Translations under genes and position numbers: made by a program
Shown here: positions 56,245 to 64,000 of the stretch, piece by piece
How positions within the stretch are numbered: position 1 is the stretch's first letter
How the letters are laid out: each line of letters begins with the position of its first letter
The notes under the pieces: generated by a model
The model's input: the letters and a program-made list of their open reading frames with translations, nothing else
The model's database searches: none
Told to the model about the DNA's origin: nothing
Assembly: GCF_009914755.1 (NCBI RefSeq)
Contig: NC_060937.1
DNA length: 64,000 nt
From: the human T2T-CHM13v2.0 reference genome, Homo sapiens
Reading direction: 5' to 3' (one strand)

Positions 56245-58619
56245 GGATTACTTTAGGTGTCTTTCATATTCTATGCTATAAACAGCAACGTTCTAAATGT
56301 CTTGTATATTTTTGCAAGGAGAAAACAATTTTTCCTCTTAATTAAGTGAAAAACATAGAGATATATTCCTGACAAAGAAGTAGTCTCTTTTGCAAGCAAT
56401 CCAATGAATATGCAGCATGAGTTATGGAAAAGCTAATGGTAAAATAAAACTCTAACATACTGCTTTTAAGATTATTTATATTAAAACAAAAAAATTAAAC
56501 CTCTGTTTCATATTAATTTTTAAAAATACTTCTCATAAAATTTAGGACATTGTAATTATCTGAAAGTGAATGTAATATTAATCATATTAAAATAAAAAAA
56601 TAGAATAGTTCTTAAATTGTTAGATTATGAGAAAATGCCTATAAGAATAATTCATGAGGAAAGTAATATTATCTTTTTTTGTTATATGGTTTCATTAAGC
56701 ATATTTTTCATAAGAATATTTTTTCAGAAATAAGTAATCCATGATACATTTTGTCATAGCAGTGCAATTTATATATCTCTAAGGCATTTCTAATTAACTA
56801 CAATTTTCTTGCTATTTTCTATATAATTTGAAAACAAAATGACTTCAAAGTATTTTTTTAATTTTGAAATTTACATGATTCTTATTATTTACAATTTTAC
56901 AGATACAACATTTAGTCTTAAGAATTTGAGGTACACTTTCCATCTATGTCATGTAAGCAATCTTACAATTTTGCATTTGACTAATTTGCATTTATTGCCC
57001 GTAATGTTCTATGGCTGCATCAGCATTCTTCACATTTATTGACTTATTAAATTGGCAACAAAAAATCCTGTGATATCTGTGATATAGACATAATATTTTA
57101 AAATGGACGTATCTAAAATCTATCTCAATTAAGTATTTATATCCAAAGATAAGGCATCCATTGAATAAATTCTCAAACTAAACAGGGATGCAAAACTTAT
57201 ATCCTAAATAGTGCATTTTCAGCTGAATCACTACTGCCTCCAAATAAAAATCAGTTAGTAGATTTGAAAGGATTTAGAGCGAAACAGAAAGCATGAGGGT
57301 TTTTAAGCCCAGGATGGCCAGGGTCTGAGGAGCTCTCTGAGGGCACAAGGCTGTCAGTATGTGAGGAGTCCCCATCAAGAACTGATCTGCCCTATTATTA
57401 TTCTTGGAATTACAGATACATTAAAAATTATGAGAAGGGAAATATCGAAACAACAAAGGCTTCCTAAAGCTAATTAGAATTTGAAATTAAGGAAGTGCAA
57501 TTAAGCATTAAGGGAATTCCCACCCCTCGGACTGCAACTTCCTAGCTCTGCTAGCTTTTCTGTTAGGAGTGAAGCTAGTTTTCAGTTGAAGCCAATTTGG
57601 TATTTCAAGACTGAAACCTTTCTGCAACACACAGTTTTCTAAGTATTATGCTAGGATGAGAAAAAAGTGTTTGTTTTCAGATAGCTTAAAGAATTGTAAG
57701 GAAGAGAAATATAAAAATAAGAAAGCATTGGGATGATGGGAATAGAGTAGAATTCAAAATGCAATTGAGAGTTCAGAGAGGAAAGCCCAATTCACCTGGG
57801 AAGTTACAAGGTTGTACAAAGCAGGTTAAACATCTGCTAAATGTTGAATCATGAGGAGAAAGCTTGCGGATGGATACAATGAAGGAAAATGGCTACAATA
57901 AAAGGTATGTTTTCAAGGTAAACAAAAAAATAAGTCAGCATCAGGTATTTTGAGAGACAATAAGAGGCCAATTATTATAAGATGGTAAATACTTTCCTAG
58001 GAGTTTATTACTCAATGGCAACTTATTGAAAAGTATTCAACAGTGGAATAATGAAATCAGGTTTATATTCAACTATGGCATGTAACTAATTTTCCCTTTG
58101 TAACTAATATGTATTGACTGACAAATAAATATATTCAAAGCATTATGAAACTCTATATTCAAGCAAAGAAAAAAGCACAAAAAAGAATATGACAAATGCT
58201 GATATAATGATCGTAAACCTTTTGGGAACTTTTGTGATTTAATTCATATCTAACATCTGCATAAATCTGCTACTTAGGTTTTATTAAAGCTTTTGACATT
58301 GCAAGAAATGCATTATCATTTTCGACCAGTGCTAGGTCATATTTGCGAAAGAATATATTTATTAAATCCAAATAGGAAAGGAGAAATGTGTTTATTTGCT
58401 TTTCATTTTTGTCTGATTTTGTTTCTCTGCCTCTAGAGCTCTGCCCTATATTCCAAATATTTTAAAATTGTTTCTTTTCTAATAGCTCATCTTTCTTTTT
58501 ACATGAAAGAGACATATATTTTCTAGTATAAAATATACTGTAAAGTGCAAAGAAAATATTTAACATTCCTCCACTCTTATTTATCCAGCATAATTTAATC
58601 ATTAGACTCCCTGTTCCAC

Positions 58620-59730
58620 ATTTTGAGTAACACAATGAGCAGGATACTCAAGATTCTTGCCAGAGTCAAATTACACTCTCATGCAGGAAACATAAAAAAA
58701 AAAAAAGACTCTAAATAAATATGGGGTATTTAAGTGCTGTGAGGGAAATGCTGTGACTCTGATACAGAATAACCAAAAGGATGGTCTTCCAGGAGGGATG
58801 ATGTTTCATCTGAAACTTGCAGGATGCTAGGGGCCAGCCATGCCAGGTGGCAGTGGAAAAATGTTTGGCAGAGAGTGAATAATAAATGCAAAGGCTTTGA
58901 AATGTGAAGAATGTGGCATGTTTGTTCTAGGAACTGCCAAAGGTCATTGTGATTACAAAAGAGTGAATGAGTGTGGATGATCTAAGCAATGAAATCACTG
59001 AATTGGGTTAGATCCTGCAATTATTTATAGGTCATGGTAAAAATATATTAGTCAGGGTTCTTCAGAGAAACGGAACAAAAAGGATATCTACAGATATATA
59101 TAAGAGGAGGCTTATTATAGTAACTGGCACACACGATTAAGAGGCCGAGAGTTCCACAATCATAATCTGCCTTCTGCCAGCTGGAGAACCAGAAAAGCCA
59201 GTGGTGTAATTCACTGGAACCCAAAGGCCTGAGAGAAGAGGCATGTTTCAGCTCAGGCAGAGGGTGGATTTGCTTCTCCTTCACTTTTTGTCCTATTTGG
59301 GCCTCAGTGGATTGGATAGTGCACTCACATTGGTGGAAATAATCCTCTTTGCTCTTTCCACCTATTCAAACGCTAATCTCTTCCAGAAATACCCTCACAG
59401 ACACACACAGAAATAATGTATTACCATCCATATGGTTATCCCTTGGCCCAGTCAAGCTGACACCTAAAGGTAACCATTATGAAAAGGTTTTAATTTCTTT
59501 CTAAGTGTAATGAAAAACCGTTAATTTAAGCTGAAAAATCGCATAATTTCATTTTTAAATAAGATTTCTCTATCTGCTCAGTGGAGAGGGTGGAGAAGAA
59601 AGCGGAGAAGCTAGCCCAATGTATTCACCTAAACAAGAATGATTGTGACTTTTCTAAAATGGTTAAAACTGAAAGGTAGCGATTCCCCCAGAGCTATAAT
59701 TTGGAGGTGACATGAACAAGATTTAAAGAT
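58620..59730 (-). mobile_element. L2 relic interrupted by MLT2B
   Basis: Antisense L2 motifs (ggcagagagtgaataataaatgcaaaggcttt; ataggtcatggtaa | ttttaatttctttctaagtgtaatg) continue across the LTR. Confidence 0.6.
59044..59481 (-). mobile_element. MLT2B ERVL solo LTR
   Basis: tatattagtcagggttcttcagagaaac...cccagtcaagctgacacctaaaggtaaccattatg. Confidence 0.82.
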
Positions 59731-60199
59731 TGATAGTGTGTATGAATTTAAGAGTGAATTCTTGGTCTGAATATATTGATTTTGTAGAGAGAATCTTCTT
59801 TTTCCTAAATTATATAAGCAATTTTATAAAATCTATGGAGTCTATTATTTTTTTCCTGGAAAGGACAACAACAACATGAGGAAAAGATATCACATCCACT
59901 TTAGTGAAATTATTACCACATAGCTTATCAAATATTTTATTATATAAAATATGTCATTGCCTTGGCATTTTAATAATACTTTCAAATCTAATGGTAATAC
60001 TTTCAAATAAGATTAAATTCACAAGTATACAATTTTTAGACTAATACCAGTATTGGGATTCAATGATTTTTGGCCAAGGTGAGAAAAGATTTCCTTAAAC
60101 CTCATACTGCTAATCAGGAAAAATAAATAAATAAAATAAGTTATTTAAGCATTTATTTAAATAACTAGAAAAAGTAGTAATGGTTTATTTTAATTATTT

Positions 60200-60275
60200 T
60201 AAATAATTAAATTATTTAAGTAAATTAAATGATTAAATTATTTAACTAAATTAAGTGATTGAATTATTTAATTTT
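60200..60275. repeat. AT-rich ~26-bp tandem repeat, 3 copies
   Basis: aataattaaattatttaagtaaatt / aaatgattaaattatttaactaaatt / aagtgattgaattattttaatt. Confidence 0.7.
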
Positions 60276-60526
60276 AATAACTTTGTTAAAAAATTTTCAG
60301 GTTATTATCACATTTTAATCCCTTAAGGGAATTTCAGTCCACCTTAAATACGTCTCCATTTAAGATGTGTTTTGAAGTTACAGTTAATGTAAAATACTAA
60401 AATGCCTCCAGCATTCTTCTGTTATATTGCTTGGAATCCTTTCAATGGTCATGTCTTGTTTTCATTAATTTGTTAACAGATGATGGGGGGTATTTGGTAT
60501 ACTCACATCAAATCCTGTATTAATTA

Positions 60527-60810
60527 GACCAGGTGAGGTGGCTAACACCATAATCCCAGTACTTTGGGAAGCCAAGGCAGGTGGATCACCTGAAATCAGG
60601 AGTTCAAGACCAGCCTTGTCAACATGGTGAAACCCCATCTCTACTTAAAATACAAAAAAAAATTATCTGGGCGTGGTGGTGCACATCTGTAATCCCAGCT
60701 ACTTGGGAGGCTGAATCAAGAGAATTGCTTGAACTCAGGAGGCAGAGGTTGCAGTGAGCTGAGATCACACCACTGCACTCCAACCTAGGTGACAGAGTCT
60801 CACTCTGTCA

Positions 60811-60849
<39 letters not shown>
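60527..60849 (+). mobile_element. AluS (Sx/Sz) with a long pure A tail
   Basis: Full-length. TSD aaatcctgtattaatta/agatcctgcattaatta. A38 tail. Confidence 0.9.
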
Positions 60850-60851
<2 letters not shown>

Positions 60852-61746
60852 TCCTGCATTAATTAGAGTTCTAAATAGTTTCCCATCAGAAATGAGTGCA
60901 TTTTTTTGCATTCTATTTTTATTTTTTACAAAATAGCCAAACAATAAAAAGAACACAAATAGAAAGCATAGGAAAAAAAGGATTCTTTATACTGAATAAT
61001 ATTAGCGCTCTCAAAATTCTCCAGTGGAACTGAATCTCCCGCACTTCTTCAGTGATGACACTGGAGACTCTTGAAAGATGAGCTACAACATTTGATTAAA
61101 CTTTCTATTTTCACAAAAGGAAAGGTGTGATGCTATTTTACATATCAATAATTTAAAATGATCTATGTTAATCATGTTCATTTTTTTCAAATTCACCTAA
61201 AATTTTTAGCATTAATTTAATATTGTGATTACTTGGGCTCTAGAATTGTCTACTGTTTCATTGCAGTTGCAATCCTAAGAAATATTTTTTTAAGAGAAGT
61301 GTCAGTTCTTAATTCTATAGTGGAACTAATGAATGTAGTCGAAAAGCCATGTTCTGTGGCTCATAACTTATGCAATTATATCTCTTAAGGAATACGTCAC
61401 ATTTGAAATATAATATGGTAGACTGAATAACATATTCTTCACTCCCACAATATCACAATCCTAATATCCAGAATCTGTAAATATGTCATCTTATAAGGCA
61501 AAGGGACTTTGCAGATGTAATTAAGTTAAGGATCTTGGGAAAGGCAGATGAGTCAGATTATCCAAGTGGCTCCATGTAATCACAGTGGCTTTATAAGGAG
61601 ATAGCAGAGAAAGAGGCAGAGAAAGAAAACAATGAATGATGGAAGGAAAGAGAGGGGGAAAAAAAGGCCGTCTGATGGCCAGAAGGAAGGAATGAGGACA
61701 GCCTTCAAAAATGGGCAAAACAAGGAAATGGATTGTCTCCTAGAGT

Positions 61747-63381
61747 TGTAACTGCCCAATGGATTCTTCTTGCCCACTGCACAGATAGAGCCAAGTTACT
61801 AACAGTGTTATCACAATAGAGAAAGAGCTTAATAAAAGCAGAGCCAGCTAGACAGAAAAGCAGAGTTTTATAACTCAAATCAGTCTCCCCCAAAATTTGG
61901 AGACTAGGGATTTTTAAGGATAATTTGGTGGGCAGGGGGCTACTGAGTGTGGAAGGCTGATTGGCCAGGTGGGGGATGAAATCATAGGAGTCAAAGTAGG
62001 TTTTTCTTTCTGTGGTCTTATTTCCTGAGTGGGATTGTAGAATGAGCGGAGCCACTTTACTTATCTGGGTGGTGCCAGCTGATCCACCAGAATGTAGGGT
62101 ATTAAAAAAATCTCAAACACCTATCTTAGATTTTACAATAGTAATATTATCCGTAGGAGTGATTGGAAAGGTTAGAAATCTTGTGGCCTCTGGATGCATG
62201 ACTCCTGAGCCATAGTTTCTAATCTTGTGGCCAATTTGTTAGTTTTACAAAATCAGTCTGGTCCCCAGGAGGAGGTTTGTTTTGGGAAGGGGCTATTATC
62301 ATTTTCATTTCATAGTTAAACTATAAACTAAATTCCTCCTGTTGTTACCTGGGCCTGTGCAAAGTAATGAACAAAGGCAGCTTGGAGGTTAAAAGCAAGA
62401 TGGGGTCGGTTACATCAAGTTTCTTTCACTGTCATAATTTTCCTATGTGAACCAAAAGTAAAATTCTAAGTAAGCCCCACAACTGACCAAATGAACCTTC
62501 TTCTTAGCCAAGGGGATTCAAAGGAACCTGAAAAACTAGTTCAGGCCATGACAGGGAAGGGGTGGGGGGTTGGACATGCCTCATTACACTCTCCTCCCGT
62601 TGGAGTTTAGGCACAAACTGACCAGCATTAACATTAAAACAAAGATCTTAAGACTTATAAAACAGACTCTTTGTAGCAATATGATACCAAATTCCAACCT
62701 AACTCTGGTTTAACATCACATGACGGATAACAGGCCCTGAAAGAAATAAAAGTATTTTACCCCAAAATATATTTATTTGAAATATTTTGAAATGGCTCTG
62801 CAAAGCTATCTCTTGTGGGAGAAATTTACATTGTGTATAGAAATCCCTTACTCTTTCTAGGACTTTTTCTGATCCTCAAGAGATTAGATGAGGACATAGC
62901 ACCTTTTAAAGGTCTGAAACATTTGTGATCTGTTGCCTGTAAAGGCCACCTGTGAGGCTTCATCTACATAACAAGAACCTTGGTCTCCACAACCACCTAT
63001 CTTAACACAGATACTACTTTCTATTGATTCCAGATCTCTAGATAATAATGTAACTCTTTCATCCAATTTCCAATCAGAAAATCTTTGAATCTACTTATGA
63101 CCTGGAAGCCCTCGCTTCAAAAAGTTCTGTCTTTCCATACTGAACTAATGTACCCCACATGCATTGATGGATGTCTTATGTCTCCCTAAAATGTATAAAA
63201 TCGAGCTGTAACCCAACCACCTTGGACACATGTTTCTCAAGACCTCCTAGGGCTGTGTCATGGGTCATAATCTTTAACTTAGGCAAATTAAACTTCTAAA
63301 TAGATTGAGACCTGTCTCAGATACTTCTTAATTTCCATCTATGTCAGATTTTTCTCACTGTCATAATTTTTGCCAGTTTCA
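61747..63381 (-). mobile_element. LTR8A/B ERV1 solo LTR split by MER4D
   Basis: tgtaactgcccaatggattcttcttgcccactgcac...gtcataatttttgccagtttca, with a perfect 4-bp TSD gagt. Confidence 0.82.
62446..63337 (+). mobile_element. MER4D-type ERV1 solo LTR
   Basis: tgtgaaccaaaagtaaaattctaag...gattgagacctgtctcagatacttc, ~890 bp, with TSD ccta/tcta. Confidence 0.8.
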
Positions 63382-63540
63382 GAGTCTCTAGAATGAACTG
63401 CCTCTGCTAATAACTAGAATTTTTCTCAGTCAAACTGATTTTTGACTTCTAACTGCCAGAATGGTAAAATAATAAATTCATGATTTTTAAAGCCACTAAG
63501 CTTGTGTTAATTTGCATAGCAGCAAAAATAAGCTAATACA

Positions 63541-64000
63541 GATTTGACATCAGAAGTAGGGTTTTGTTGTAACAAATATCTAAAATATACAGGTGGCTTT
63601 AGAATTGGGTGATGAGTAAAAGACTTTAAGAATTTCAAGAAGCATCATAGCAAAAGCCTGGTATGGTTTTCTCAGACTACTGGTGAAAATATGAATATCA
63701 AATACCTCCAGTGAGGGCTCAAAAGTAAGTGACGAATATGGGAATAAAAACTTATATATCATTTTAGAAAGAAACATCATTATCAAAAACAGTCTGCTGG
63801 TAGAGATGTGGATATTAAGGGTGCTGCTAGTGAGTTCCCAGGGGGCAGTGAGGAGCATGGTAGAGAAACCTGTTTTTCATATAGAGTACTTACATTATCA
63901 TAAATAGACTCCTAGAAGTATGTTGTTAAAGACGCTGTTGATGTGGACTGAGAAGGAAATGAGGAACATGTTCTGGGAAATGTGAGGAAAGTGGATTGTT
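63541..64000 (+). mobile_element. MLT1 internal sequence (runs off the window)
   Basis: Follows the LTR end directly: gatttgacatcagaagtagggttttgttgtaacaaatatctaaaat...gtggctttagaattgggt. Confidence 0.75.

Larger units (their letters stand above)
61414..63540 (+). mobile_element. MLT1D-like MaLR LTR split by LTR8
   Basis: 5' part 61414-61746 (gggactttgcagatgtaattaagttaaggatctt). 3' part 63382-63540 ends gctaataca. Confidence 0.8.

Overview
AT-rich primate DNA, almost certainly human because it carries an AluYb-lineage element. It looks intergenic or deep-intronic. I find no credible cellular protein-coding exon, RNA gene, CpG island or CRISPR-like array. The ORFs in the track are transposon remnants (L1, THE1-int, Alu, LTRs), microsatellite translations, or short chance ORFs. 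The window is dominated by interspersed repeats: a decayed ERVL-class provirus (1-~7450) carrying nested MER66-like and MLT2A2 LTRs and a 5'-inverted L1; a full-length old L1PA (~14820-21140); a THE1 MaLR provirus (35528-37796); many solo MaLR/ERV1/ERVL LTRs; about 12 Alus; hAT and mariner MITEs; and L2, MIR and L1M relics. I do not see a new gene system. The points worth a second look are structural: an apparent LTR-LTR recombination deletion beside the THE1 provirus, a near-consensus AluYb lacking one Yb8 diagnostic, repeated MER4-group LTR insertion into TA microsatellites, short fold-back inverted copies across those TA tracts, a MER58/Cheshire element with a possibly captured core, and a tiny L1 3' transduction. 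Subfamily names come from remembered consensus sequences and need RepeatMasker/Dfam confirmation.
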